DNA of 64,000 nucleotides from positions 462,382-526,381 of the forward strand of contig CAWDUG010000014.1 of assembly GCA_963805435.1 (NCBI GenBank). The letters run 5' to 3'. The notes below the pieces were generated by a model. That model did no database searches and had not been told where the DNA came from. It saw only the letters and a list, made by a program, of their open reading frames with translations. The position numbers and the translations under genes were made by a program. Below, one piece after another: positions 1-10,369 of the stretch. The DNA comes from an uncultured Gammaproteobacteria bacterium. Lineage in GTDB: Bacteria; Pseudomonadota; Gammaproteobacteria; Steroidobacterales; Rariloculaceae. Position 1 is the first letter of the stretch. Every line of letters starts with the position of its first letter.

Positions 1-1913
1 AAGCCGATCACGGACATGTTGCGGCCGGCGTATCGCGCACTGATGCGCAAGCACGTCGGCTTCCTTGGCACGGAAGAGCAGCTGGTGGCGTTCGAAGTGC
101 AGCTGATCAGCGCGGATGACCATGGGCTCTGGGCGGAGCTGCACAGCAAGCGAAATAGTCTTCAACGGCGAGGCCGCGCTTCTGACCGTGGCGCGTGACA
201 TCACGCATCGCAAAAGCCTCGAGGCGTCGCTCGGCCGCAGCAAGCTTCAGGCACGCATCACGCTCGAGTCGATCGGTGAAGGCGTCATTACCACGGATCG
301 CAACGGCACGATCGACTACATGAACGAAGCGGCAGAGCAGTTGGTTGGCGGCACGCGCGCCGCCGGCATCGGCAAACGTCTGCTCGATCTGCTCACGCTC
401 GTCGACGAAGTCGACCGCAGCTCGCTTGGCGATCCCGTCACGAAGTGCTTGAGCGAACGCCGACGCGTGAATCTCGGCCGGCGCGCATTCCTGTTGAGCA
501 AGCTCTCGGATCGCGAGTTCTCGACGGAGCTCACGGCTTCGCCGATTCGCGGGCCCGACGGTCAAGTCGCAGGCTGCGTCGTGATCTTCCACGACGTGAG
601 CGAGCTGCGCGGGCTCGCACGCGAGATGTCATACCAGGCCAGCCACGATGCGCTGACCGGCCTCGTGAACCGCGCGGAGTTCGAGCGGCGGCTCGGAGCC
701 GCGCTCGATTCGGCTCGCGGCGAAGCCGTGAGTCACGTGGTGTGCTATCTCGACCTCGACCGCTTCAAGCTCGTGAATGATACCGCCGGCCATATCGCCG
801 GCGACAATCTGCTGCGCGAGATCTCGGCGCTGATCAAACAACGTCTGCGCGATTCGGACACCGTGGCGCGCGTCGGCGGCGACGAGTTCGCGATGCTGCT
901 CGCAGGCTGCCCCGTCGACAAGGCGCGCCAAATCGCCGACGACGTGTGCCATTCGGTCGCGAACCAGCAGTTCTCATGGCAAGACCACAGCTTCGACGTC
1001 GGCGTCAGCGTAGGTCTCGTCGAGGTCAACAAGGACAGCGGTTCGGCCGAGAGCGTGCTCTCCGCCGCCGATTCGGCGTGCTATGTCGCGAAGCAACAGG
1101 GCCGCGGCCGCATCCACGTGTACTCGTCGCGCGACGAAGTCGTGGCGCGCGAGCGCGGCGAGATCCAGTGGCTGCAGCGGCTGCAGCGGGCGCTGAAGGA
1201 GAACGGCTTCGAGCTCTACGTTCAGCCGATCATCGCGCTCGGCGGGCGTGGCAGCACGGGGCCGGCCGCCGAGATCCTGCTGCGCATGCGCGACGAATCG
1301 GGCACCGTAATCGCGCCCGTGCATTTCCTGGCGTCGGCCGAACGTTACCAGCTGATGTCGCATATCGATCGCTGGGTGGTGCGCGCGTCGCTTGACGGCG
1401 CTTGCCGGTGGCGCGCCGCATCTGCCCGTGGGGCGCACCTGCAACATCAATCTCTCGGCGCAAACGCTCGGCGACGACGATTTCCTCGAGTTCGTCGTCG
1501 ACGTGCTCGATCACACGGGCGTGAACCCCGAGCGCATCTGCTTCGAGGCGCGCGAGTCGGCGGTAGTGAGCCAGCTCGATCACGCGCAGCGGTTCATCAA
1601 CGTGCTGCATGGCATCGGCTGCAAATTCGCGCTCGACAACTTCGGCAGCGGGATCGGCTCGTTCTCGAATCTGAAGAACCTGTCGCTCGACTACGTGAAG
1701 ATCGACGGCACGTACACGCGCAACCTCGACGAGGACAGCGTGAATCGAGAGATGGTGGCCGCCATGGTCAAGCTCGCGCGCTCGCTCGATTTTCAGATCG
1801 TGGCCGAGCAGGTAGAGGACCAGGAGTCGTTCGAGACGCTGCGCTCGCTCGGCGTGGACTTCGTGCAAGGCTTCGTCATCGAGAAGCCCCGCCCCCTACA
1901 GGCAGTCCACTAG
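1..1913 (+). pseudogene. PAS-PAS-GGDEF-EAL c-di-GMP signalling protein; 5' end outside the window; frame broken twice (pseudogene or sequence error)
   Basis: ORF fragments 16-198, 116-1939 and 1392-1913 join into one protein if one base is dropped near 148 and near 1391. Motifs read directly: PAS ends LLTVARDITHRK and VVIFHDVSELR, GGDEF box VARVGGDEFAML, EAL half ELYVQPII / LDYVKIDG / DFVQGF. The frame is open to position 1. Confidence 0.9.
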
Positions 1914-1972
1914 CCGCCGCTGCGTTCGCTGTCGAGTAACGCCACCCTCGCGTCCCAGCGTGGGCTCAGGCT

Positions 1973-3481
1973 TCATCGCGGTTGTAGCCAGTTCGGCAGG
2001 AACGCGTAAGGATCGCCGGCAAGCTCGCCCTTGTGTGCGACGCCGTGTTTCGCCAGCAGCCCAGGCAGCTTGCCACTCTTCCACGCTTCAAACGCGTCGG
2101 TGGCGCCACCGACGAACTCGTTGCCGACGAAGATCTGCGGGATCGTTTTCCACGTGGTGCGCTCGGCGAGCGCCGCGCGGATCTGTCCACCCCAGTCGTC
2201 TTTCTGGTACGCAACCGAGTCGAGGTCGATCGACTGATACGGGATTTTGTAGGCTGCGAACATGCGGCGAACCGACCAGCAGAACTCGCACCACTCGAGC
2301 GCGAACATCACCACCGGCTGCTTCGCATCGGCCGTGACCTCGGCGACGAACGCTGCGGCCGTGGGCGTTACCGGAAGCGGCGGCTCGGGCGCTTTCGGCA
2401 CGGGCGTAGGCGCAGATGCGGCGGCCGGCGGCGGTGCGTCAAACCGCGCGCGTGGTGTCGAGCGCGAGATTGCCAGTTCCTCGTCGGTCATGTCGGTCGG
2501 TACGTCGGCGAACAGCGGCGTACTGAGATATCGCTCGCCCGTGTCGGGTAGCATCGCGAGAACGTTGGTGCCAGGCGGCGCGGATTTGCAGATCGTGAGT
2601 GCACCGGCAAGCGTGGCGCCGCTCGAAGTGCCGACGAAGATGCCCTCCTTCTGCGCGAGCTCGCGCGCCAGGCGCAGTGCCTCGCCGCCATTCACGGGCA
2701 CGATCTCGTCGATGAGCTTGGCGGCGACAACGTCTTCCGCGAGCCTGGGAATGAAGTCCGGCGACCAGCCCTGCATCAAATGTGGCCGGAACAGGGGATG
2801 GCTCGCCGACGGCGAGCCGTCGGCCGCACGAGGCTGCGGAATGCCGCTGCCGAGCGTCTGCGAGTTGTCGGGCTCGCACACGACCACCTTCGTCTTCGGG
2901 CTGCGCATCTTCAGCACACGCGCGACCCCCTTCAGCGTGCCGCCGGTGCCGAAGCCGGTGACCCAGTAGTCGAGCGTCGTATCCGCGAAATCCGCGAGGA
3001 TCTCCTCCGCCGTGGTTCGCGTGTGGACATCGGGGTTCGCTTCGTTCTCGAACTGCCGGCAGAGGAACCAGCCGTGCTTCTCGGCCAGCTCGAGCGCTTT
3101 CGCGAGCATGCCCGTGCCCTTCTCGGCCGCGGGTGTGAGGATGACTTTCGCGCCCAGGAATCGCATGAGCTTGCGGCGTTCGACGCTGAAGTTTTCGGCC
3201 ATCGTGACCACGAGCGGATAGCCTTTGCGTGCGCAGACCATCGCAAGGCCTATGCCCGTGTTGCCGCTCGTCGCTTCGATCACCGTCTGACCGGGCGCGA
3301 GCTTGCCGCTGCGCTCGGCCTCTTCTATTACACCAAGCGCGAGCCGGTCCTTGACCGAGCCCATCGGGTTGAACGCTTCGATCTTGACGTACAGGTTCAC
3401 GCCGGCCGGCGCGAGCTTGTTGATACGAACGACCGGCGTGCGTCCGATCGTCTGCAGGATGTCGTCGTAGCGCTTGCCCAT
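1973..3481 (-). CDS. Cysteine synthase family (PLP-dependent, CysK/CysM-like) fused to a C-terminal glutaredoxin-like domain
   Basis: Intact 502-aa ORF. The N-terminal ~320 aa carry the PLP-lysine motif NPMGSVKDR plus TSGNTGIGLA and GFGTGGT. A Pro/Ala-rich linker follows. The C-terminal ~110 aa carry a CxxC site (WCEFCW) and the glutaredoxin signature TIPQIFVGNEFVGGATD. Confidence 0.85.
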   Translation of the reverse strand: MGKRYDDILQTIGRTPVVRINKLAPAGVNLYVKIEAFNPMGSVKDRLALGVIEEAERSGKLAPGQTVIEATSGNTGIGLAMVCARKGYPLVVTMAENFSVERRKLMRFLGAKVILTPAAEKGTGMLAKALELAEKHGWFLCRQFENEANPDVHTRTTAEEILADFADTTLDYWVTGFGTGGTLKGVARVLKMRSPKTKVVVCEPDNSQTLGSGIPQPRAADGSPSASHPLFRPHLMQGWSPDFIPRLAEDVVAAKLIDEIVPVNGGEALRLARELAQKEGIFVGTSSGATLAGALTICKSAPPGTNVLAMLPDTGERYLSTPLFADVPTDMTDEELAISRSTPRARFDAPPPAAASAPTPVPKAPEPPLPVTPTAAAFVAEVTADAKQPVVMFALEWCEFCWSVRRMFAAYKIPYQSIDLDSVAYQKDDWGGQIRAALAERTTWKTIPQIFVGNEFVGGATDAFEAWKSGKLPGLLAKHGVAHKGELAGDPYAFLPNWLQPR

Positions 3482-3517
3482 GGCCTCTCCCCTCGGTCCG
3501 CCGGTACTAAATAGGAT

Positions 3518-3552
3518 GCGCCCCGGAGCCGCCGCAAGGAATGCCGGGGCGC
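3518..3552 (-). terminator. GC-rich hairpin downstream of the GGDEF-EAL gene; possible terminator
   Basis: 9-bp stem GCGCCCCGG (3518-3526) / CCGGGGCGC (3544-3552) with a 17-nt loop. On the minus strand it is followed by ATCCTATTTAG, which is only weakly U-rich. Confidence 0.3.
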
Positions 3553-3600
3553 CGCCCGATTTTGCCGAGCGTCCGGAATTGCGGGCAAGAACCCCCTTTC

Positions 3601-5739
3601 TCAGCGCCTGCGTACCAGGTGTGGCATGGCCACTTCGACCGGCTCCGGGCGAGGCTTGGCTTTACCTACGTAAAAGCCCTGCGCGTAGTCGATACCGTAC
3701 TTCGCGAGTAACGCTAGCGTGGCCGCGCTGTGCACGTACTCCGCCACGGTCTGCATGCCGGCCGCGCGTGCGACTTCGCCGACCATTCTGCACCATCGCC
3801 TGGTCGACCCGATCGCGCGGTAAGCCGCGGATGAACGAGCCGTCGATCTTCAGGTAATCGACGGGCAGACGTTTCAGGTAGCTGAACGAGCTGTAGCCCG
3901 TGCCGAAGTCATCGATTGCGAGTCGGCAGCCGAGCTCGCGCAGCAACGCGATCTGCTTGTCGGTGCTCGCGGCAAAGCGGACGGCCAATTGCTCGGTGAT
4001 CTCGATCACGAGCCGCTCGCCGGACACGCCGTGCTCGTTGAGCAGCTTCTTCACGTACGCGCCGAGCGAATCGTCCTCGAACGCAAAGCCGGAGAGATTC
4101 ACAGACAGCGTGAGGTTCGGTTGAGTCTCCTGGAATTCGCGCAGTGCTCGCACCACGAGCCTCAGCACGCAGCGATCGATGTCTGCCATGAGCCCGAAGC
4201 GCACGGCCGCCGGCAGGAACGAGGACGGGCTCACGAGGCCGTGCTCCGTCTTCAGGCGCAGCAACGCTTCGTAGTGCCGTACCGTGCCACTCTTGATGTG
4301 CAGCAAGGGCTGATAGTGCAGCTCGAGCCCGCTGTTCTCGAGCGCCGCGCGCAGGCGGTTCATCCAGTCGATGTCGCGCGCCATCTGCTCGCTTTGTTTG
4401 CCGGCCGTGCTGTAGAACTCGACGCGATTGCGCCCGTGCGCCTTGGCCGTCTGGCACGCCATGTCGGCCTGCGCGATGACTTCCTGGGCGCTGAACCGTG
4501 CGCCGCCGAACGTGGCGACGCCGATGCTGCACTGCAGGTGAAACACCTGTTCCTGCTCCACGTGCTTCAGGCCGCGCATGAGCTCGAGCACCTTTGCAGC
4601 CACGAGCTTCGCGTCGCCACGCGACACGTTGCGCAGCAGCACGACGAACTCGTCGCCGCCGAAGCGCGCCACAAAGTCCTCGGGCCGCACGGCGTAGCGC
4701 AGTTGTTGTGCCGCGAGCTGCAACAGGTGATCGCCGGACGCGTGGCCGCACGTGTCGTTCACGTATTTGAACTGATCGAGATCGACGAAGAACAGCGCAC
4801 ACTTCGTGTTGTCGCTGGCAGAGGCGGCGATCGCGTCTTCGAGCTCCGCGATCAGGCGATGGCGGTTGTGCAGCCCCGTGAGCTGGTCGTGATTCGCGAG
4901 ATGCAGCAGGCGCCGTTCGCGTTTCTGAAGCGCGTGTATCGTGTTGTCGAGCGCGGTCACTATCGCGCGCAGCTCCGTGTGCGGGGAATCCGGGAACTTC
5001 AAGATCCGTCTCGCCCGCGGCGAGCCGCGCGAGCGAGCCTTGCAGGGCGGACAGTGGCGCGAGCGCGCGCTTCAAGAACCATCGGCCGCAAGCCCACGAA
5101 ATGCCGAGCAGTACGAGGAGTACGGCGCTCGCGAGCGCCGAGCCGCGGCAGGAACGCGCTCTGATAGCTCGAGAAATCGAGGTCCACGCTGACGAAGCCG
5201 AGCAGGTGCGCCGAGGTCTTGGCGGACTTCAGATCGAGGTCGAGCAGCCCGTCGCCGGCCAGCGATTCGGTCCAGATGGGGCCGAGCAACCGGTAGCGCT
5301 GTGTGCTGGCTGCGTCCTGCTTCAGTAGGTAGGGACGAGCCGCGCCGGCGAGCATCGAGAGCTCTGCCACGCTCTTGGCGTCGAGCGCGTCGGCCACGGG
5401 CCCCGCCGGGCCCGAGTCCTTCAATGCTTGCAGCGCCCGGCCGTCGGCGGCGTACCAGCTCACGCGCTCGATCTCGGGGTACGTCGCGACGAAGCGCTCG
5501 ATGTCGAGCACGGACCCCGTACTGTCCGCCAGATAGAGAGGAGCGCCGAGCTCGTTCAGCTCGCCGGCCCACTGCGTGGCCCAGTGCTCGAGGTTGTTGC
5601 GGATCACGGAACCCGACGTCCACGCGAGGCCGATCAGCGCAATGACGCCGATCAGGGCAGCGACCGCGAGCTGCACGCCGAGCACCTCGGTCACGAGGCT
5701 GCGGCTGCGCCACGGTGCGTTGCCGTCAGTCGGGGTCAC
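3601..5739 (-). pseudogene. Transmembrane sensor-HAMP-GGDEF-EAL protein; frame broken three times
   Basis: Fragments 4999-5739, the first ~25 codons of 3909-5075, 3662-5002 and 3601-3786 join if one base is dropped near 5139, 5003 and 3787. Order of elements: TM helix LAVAALIGVIALIGLAW, ~170-aa periplasmic region, second TM ALASAVLLVLLGISWA, HAMP-like linker, GGDEF (ARFGGDEFVVLL), EAL (ELHYQPLL, DYLKIDGSF, YAQGFY). Confidence 0.9.
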
Positions 5740-6748
5740 GCGCCACCCAGTGCGGCTCGGCTACGTGCGGCAAACCGAGCGCGGCGGCGACCGCGAGATT
5801 CACGCGCAAGTCGGCGGCGCGCAGCGGTGTCATCGCGGGCAAGTCTTGCGTGCTGCCGGCGACGACGCGGTCGGCGACGAGGTGTACCGCTTCGGCGACG
5901 TCGGCCGGCACCGAGGTCGCGCTCGCGAGCGCGCCCCAGCGCAATAACGATTCGTTGAGCGTCAGCACGCCGACGCTGTGCGAGTTCGCATAGCTCAGCA
6001 GCTCGCGCAGCACGGTGGGGCTCAGCACGCGGTTATCCGGAAACAGCCAGAGACCGTCGACTTGCCCCGCGAGCCGCTTGAACAGATACAACGTCTCGCG
6101 ATCCGAATGCGATGTCTCGAACCGAACCTCGGCGCCGACGCTTACCGCGGCTTTCGTCGCTTCTGCTGCGAGTGCGTCACGCGCTTCGCCGAGGATCAGA
6201 GCAATGCTGCGCAGCGTGGGATCGATCCTTCGCCACGTCTTCAGCTGCAGAGCGAGCGGTGGCAACGGGTCGACGCCCCAGATCGCGCCGCCGTTTTTCA
6301 ACACGTCTTCGTAGGCAAACACCTGGCAGAACACGATGGGCACGCCGGGCAATCGCGCGCGCGCAGCATCGACGGCCGCGAGCCCGACCGCGATTACGAG
6401 TTCGGGCTGCGCGGGCGGCGCGAGGTTTGCGGAGTCGACGGTGGCGACTCGGTACTGCTGCGGCGGCAACGCCTCCGCGATAGCAGCGGCCGTCGCGGCG
6501 GCGCTCGCGGTGCGGGCGTCGAACACGACTGTCACGCTGCGGCGCGGCGGTGCGGGAGCGGGTTTCGGCAGCGGCGCGGGAGCAGGCGTCGCGGGTGCTG
6601 GGGCGGGTCGCGGAACGCTTGCGACGGGCGGCAGTGGCGTCTCGTCAGGTGACTGCGGTGGCGCCACGGCGCACCCCGCAATGGCGAGCATCGCCGCGGC
6701 AGCCAGCGTGGTCGTGATGTTCCTACGATGGCGGCGGTCGTGTCGCAT
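5726..6748 (-). CDS. Lipoprotein resembling a periplasmic substrate-binding protein (uncharacterised ABC-type SBP family, COG2984-like by my recognition)
   Basis: Intact 340-aa ORF with lipobox LAIAGC after a basic N-terminus and a Pro/Ala-rich linker (PAPAPATPAPAPLPKPAPAPP). The remainder looks like an SBP fold. Its stop overlaps the start of the downstream sensor gene by 14 nt. Confidence 0.6.
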   Translation of the reverse strand: MRHDRRHRRNITTTLAAAAMLAIAGCAVAPPQSPDETPLPPVASVPRPAPAPATPAPAPLPKPAPAPPRRSVTVVFDARTASAAATAAAIAEALPPQQYRVATVDSANLAPPAQPELVIAVGLAAVDAARARLPGVPIVFCQVFAYEDVLKNGGAIWGVDPLPPLALQLKTWRRIDPTLRSIALILGEARDALAAEATKAAVSVGAEVRFETSHSDRETLYLFKRLAGQVDGLWLFPDNRVLSPTVLRELLSYANSHSVGVLTLNESLLRWGALASATSVPADVAEAVHLVADRVVAGSTQDLPAMTPLRAADLRVNLAVAAALGLPHVAEPHWVARDPD

Positions 6749-6950
6749 GGCGAAGCCGTCAGCCTAGGGGAACCCTGCAGGTGCAGGCGTGCGAGGCATC
6801 ACATTGCCGCGCTATGGGCGGCGTGGCGTGCCCGCGTTATGCTCGCCGGGCGTCGGTGCCGCCATCAAGAAGAAGGGTCCTGGTGCAAACCCGGGCGGTA
6901 TGCGCTTCGTTGCGCGCTGCGCAGTCCTGGACTTCGGAGGAGCAGCTCCC

Positions 6951-7397
6951 GTGTCGATGACCGTCAACATCGCCGAGTCGGACGCCGATCTCCGGAAGGT
7001 CAGCGGTGTCCTGCTGCAACTTAGGCCGGCGTTCGACAATGACGGGTTAATTGCTCAAATCAAGGACCAGATGCGGCAGGGCTATCGGGTTGCCTACGTT
7101 GAATCGACGGAGGGAGTGTTGTGCGTCGCGGGGTTTGTGGTCGGGATGAAGTTGGCGTGGGGCAAACACATTTACGTCGACGATCTCGTGACGACCGAGC
7201 ACCAGCGCTCCAAAGGAGCGGGGGCGGCGATGATCGCCTGGTTCAAGTCATACGCTCGTGAGCTTGGGTGCAAGCAGCTGCATCTGGATTCGGGCGTGCA
7301 GCGATTTGCAGCTCATCGATTTTACTTACGTGAGGGCTTCAACATCGGGAGCCACCATTTTTCGATCACCGATCTCGGCGCACCCGAGCGCAGATAA
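6951..7397 (+). CDS. GNAT family N-acetyltransferase
   Basis: The ORF-track frame 6789-7397 contains an acetyl-CoA site of the Q/RxxGxG/A type (HQRSKGAGAAMI). GGAGG at 6936-6940 favours GTG 6951 or ATG 6957 as the start rather than 6789. Confidence 0.8.
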   Translation: MSMTVNIAESDADLRKVSGVLLQLRPAFDNDGLIAQIKDQMRQGYRVAYVESTEGVLCVAGFVVGMKLAWGKHIYVDDLVTTEHQRSKGAGAAMIAWFKSYARELGCKQLHLDSGVQRFAAHRFYLREGFNIGSHHFSITDLGAPERR

Positions 7398-7436
7398 GAG
7401 GCGTGGTGCCCGTTACCGCCAGACACGAGGCACCAG

Positions 7437-7952
7437 ATGCGCAAAGCGACTTCATTCTCCCTCGAAGGTGGCTGCGACTGCAGGACGGTGCGCTACCGGA
7501 TGGAGAGCGCGCCGCTTTTTGTTCACTGCTGCCACTGTCGCTGGTGTCAGCGCGAGTCCGGGGCATCGTTCGCGCTCAACGCAATGATCGAAGCCGATCG
7601 CGTCACGGAGCTGGGCGAGCCACCGCTGCTCGTCGACACGCCTTCGAACAGCGGTTCAGGTCAGCTCATCGCTCGCTGTCCGAAGTGCCAAGTGGCGGTG
7701 TGGAGCCACTATGCAGGCGCCGGCCCAGTGGTGAAGTTCGTCCGCGTCGGCACGTTGGACAATCCTGACGCGCTACCTCCGGATATCCACATATTTACGG
7801 AGTCGAAGCAACCGTGGCTCACCCTACCCGCAGGTGTACCCGCCGTCGCCGAGTACTACGAGCGAGAGAAGTACTGGCCGGAGGAGAGCCTGGCTCGGCA
7901 CCGCGCCATTCTGCCGCTCATTGAGGAATATCGCGCCGCACGGCAAAAGTGA
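7437..7952 (+). CDS. GFA (glutathione-dependent formaldehyde-activating / CENP-V) family protein
   Basis: Intact 171-aa ORF with the family's Cys pattern: GGCDCRTVRY, HCCHCRWCQ, CPKCQ. Confidence 0.8.
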   Translation: MRKATSFSLEGGCDCRTVRYRMESAPLFVHCCHCRWCQRESGASFALNAMIEADRVTELGEPPLLVDTPSNSGSGQLIARCPKCQVAVWSHYAGAGPVVKFVRVGTLDNPDALPPDIHIFTESKQPWLTLPAGVPAVAEYYEREKYWPEESLARHRAILPLIEEYRAARQK

Positions 7953-7997
7953 CGCCGATAACCGCATGCGGACGTCGCTGGGTAAAATCGCCGGCGC

Positions 7998-8216
7998 TTA
8001 CCTGCGCCCGGCCCCGACGAACAGCAACCCACCGACCACGATCGCGGCGACTCCGGCCCAAACCGGCACGTTCACCTGATTCTCCTTTTCGACCTTGATC
8101 TCCAGCGGACCAATCTTGGCAGCCGTGTCCTTGCTGGTGTATGAGAACCCGCCGTACACGAGCGCCAACACGCCCGCGATCACGATGACGATTGCAACGA
8201 TTCGACCGGTCCCCAT
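7998..8216 (-). CDS. Small two-TM membrane protein, unknown function
   Basis: 72-aa ORF with two hydrophobic helices (IVAIVIVIAGVLALVYGG and VWAGVAAIVVGGLLFVGAG). GGGGGA lies ~5 nt upstream of the ATG. Confidence 0.55.
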   Translation of the reverse strand: MGTGRIVAIVIVIAGVLALVYGGFSYTSKDTAAKIGPLEIKVEKENQVNVPVWAGVAAIVVGGLLFVGAGRR

Positions 8217-8369
8217 AATTTCCCCCTACAAGTACTACGACCGCCGGTATGGGCGTCGCTCCGGGCGATGGTCGCATTCAACCGGCCCAGGTGTCACGCT
8301 GTGTGGTAACGAGCCGAGATGCCCGCGCAATACGCCAAACAACCGCTGCTACGCGAGGAGGCCAAATAG

Positions 8370-8669
8370 ATGTTCGGCTTGATCACCCAATTCAAGGCGG
8401 CGGCGGGTCAGCGTGACGCGCTGATCGCCCTTCTCACCGCGGGCACGTCCGGCATGCCGGGCTGCCTGAGCTATGTCGTAGCGAAGGATGCCGCGGAGGC
8501 CGACGCCGTGTGGATCACAGAAGTCTGGAACACTCGCGAGAGTCACCAGGCGGCGCTCTCGTTACCGGCCGTGCAGCAGGTCATGGCTAAAGGCCGCCCG
8601 CTGATCGCGGGGTTTGGCGCACGGTTCGAGACGCAACCCGTGGGTGGCCACGGTCTCGTGACGGGCTAA
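8370..8669 (+). CDS. Antibiotic-biosynthesis-monooxygenase (ABM) domain protein
   Basis: 99-aa ORF of typical ABM size and pattern (LSYVVAKD...VWITEVWNTRESHQAAL). GAGGAGG precedes the ATG. Confidence 0.7.
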   Translation: MFGLITQFKAAAGQRDALIALLTAGTSGMPGCLSYVVAKDAAEADAVWITEVWNTRESHQAALSLPAVQQVMAKGRPLIAGFGARFETQPVGGHGLVTG

Positions 8670-8717
8670 AGTCGGCGCTTGACGAGTGCGGCGTCGGATG
8701 CGCGTAATCTCGCGCGA

Positions 8718-9362
8718 ATGACCGACCTTATTCCTCCGTGGCCGCTGTTCTGCGCGTTTTTGCTTGCGAGCTTCGTGCTCGCCATCACGCCGGGGCCGGG
8801 CGTGCTCTACATCGTGACGCGGAGTCTCGCGCAGGGCCGCCGTTACGGCTTGGTGTCCGTCGCGGGCGTGGCGCTCGGCAATCTCGGCAACGCGCTGGCC
8901 GCGTCGCTCGGGCTCGCCGCGGTATTTGCCGTGTCGGCGCTCGCGTTCACCGCGGTGAAGTACGCCGGCGCCGCGTACCTGATCTATCTCGGCGTGCGAA
9001 TGCTGCGTGCGCCGCCCGCAGCGCGCGAAGCCATGGCGCCCGCCTCAGCCTCGTTGCCGCGCGTCTTTCGCGATGGGTTCGTCGTCGCGCTGTTGAATCC
9101 CAAGACCACCGTGTTCTTCGCTGCGTTCCTGCCGCAGTTCGTCAGCACGAACGCCGCGCCCATAGTGCAGAGCGTGACGCTCGGCGCGCTGTTCGTTGCC
9201 ATTGCGGCCGTGACAGACAGCGCCTATGCCCTCGCTGCCGGAACGATTGCGCGGAAGCTGCGCGCCAACGACACACAGCGAATCGCACGCCGGCTCGGTG
9301 CCTCCGTGTTCATCGGCCTCGGAATTTTCGCGGCACTCGCTGGATCGCGAGGCCCCAAGTAG
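8718..9362 (+). CDS. LysE/RhtB family amino-acid exporter
   Basis: Frame of ORF 8679-9362; the internal ATG 8718 gives the typical N-terminus ...FVLAITPGPGVLYIV. Six hydrophobic segments, ~214 aa. Confidence 0.85.
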   Translation: MTDLIPPWPLFCAFLLASFVLAITPGPGVLYIVTRSLAQGRRYGLVSVAGVALGNLGNALAASLGLAAVFAVSALAFTAVKYAGAAYLIYLGVRMLRAPPAAREAMAPASASLPRVFRDGFVVALLNPKTTVFFAAFLPQFVSTNAAPIVQSVTLGALFVAIAAVTDSAYALAAGTIARKLRANDTQRIARRLGASVFIGLGIFAALAGSRGPK

Positions 9363-9365
9363 TCG

Positions 9366-10271
9366 TCACTCCGTGCGTGCCTCCTCGAGGGCCCAGTCGA
9401 CGAACGCACGCACCGTCGGCCGTTTAAAGTGCGCGGCCGGTGCGGCGAGGAAGTAACTCCACTCAGAGCGCCAGCTGTCTTGCGTCACGCGGAGCAACTG
9501 ACCGCGCTCGAGGAACGGCGCGACGTGTGTGTCGCGGCCGAGGGCCAGACCCAAACCCGCGGCCGCAGCGCCGAGCATGACCACGGAGTCCGTGAACTGG
9601 AGTCCGCTTGCGGCTATAGAAGGGTTGAGCCCGGCTCGTTCGAACCACGCACGCCAGCTCATCCAGGGCTGCTCGGGATGCGCATCGATGTCGTGCAGCA
9701 GCGGGTACGCGACAAGCGCCGCCAAGCCATCCGGCGTGCGGCCACCGCGCAGGAGCTGCGGGCTGGCCACCGGGAACAGTTCCTCGCCGCAGAGCCGCTC
9801 GCCGTGCAAGCCGCGGCCTGGTGCGGGCGCAAACCGGATCGCGAGGTCCACCTGCTCGCTGCGGAAGTCGGCGAGCGTGCGGCCCGTGCGCAGCACGAGC
9901 TCGATCCGCGGCGCGCGTTCGCGGAAACGGTGCAGCCGCGGCAGCAGCCAGCCGTTGGCGAACCCCGCCAGGGCCGTGATCGTCAGCAAGCCACCGGCCT
10001 GCTTCGCGCGCAGCCGCGCCGTGGATTCGCCGAGCAGATTGAATCCCGTGGAAAGTTCGGGCAGCCAGTCACGGCCCTGTTCCGTGAGCACCAGGCCACG
10101 CGGCAAGCGCTGGAACAAAGTCGTGTCGAGGTAGCCCTCGAGCCGGCGCACGAGTTGGCTCACGGCGGCCGCGCTCACGTTGAGCTCGGTGGCCGCAGCC
10201 ACGAAGCTGCCGAGCCGGGCGGAGGCTTCGAAGGCGCGCAGCGCGTTCAGTGGCGGCAGGCGGCGAGTCAT
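9366..10271 (-). CDS. LysR family transcriptional regulator (GcvA-like)
   Basis: Intact 301-aa ORF with an N-terminal wHTH (LNALRAFEASARLGSFVAAATELNVSAAAVSQLVRRLE). It is divergent from the GST gene. Confidence 0.9.
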   Translation of the reverse strand: MTRRLPPLNALRAFEASARLGSFVAAATELNVSAAAVSQLVRRLEGYLDTTLFQRLPRGLVLTEQGRDWLPELSTGFNLLGESTARLRAKQAGGLLTITALAGFANGWLLPRLHRFRERAPRIELVLRTGRTLADFRSEQVDLAIRFAPAPGRGLHGERLCGEELFPVASPQLLRGGRTPDGLAALVAYPLLHDIDAHPEQPWMSWRAWFERAGLNPSIAASGLQFTDSVVMLGAAAAGLGLALGRDTHVAPFLERGQLLRVTQDSWRSEWSYFLAAPAAHFKRPTVRAFVDWALEEARTE

Positions 10272-10272
10272 G

Positions 10273-10289
10273 GCTAAGAATAGCTTAGC
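10273..10289. promoter_or_regulatory. LysR-type T-N11-A dyad (GCTAAG-aatag-CTTAGC)
   Basis: Perfect 6-bp inverted repeat containing TAAGAATAGCTTA, directly upstream of the LysR start codon in the LysR/GST divergent region. Confidence 0.5.
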
Positions 10290-10369
10290 CTTAGCGGCAG
10301 ACCCTATGCATCGCCAAGAGCAGGGTCACGACCGATACTGCGCGCCAGCGAAGAATCGTAAGTGGTGCC

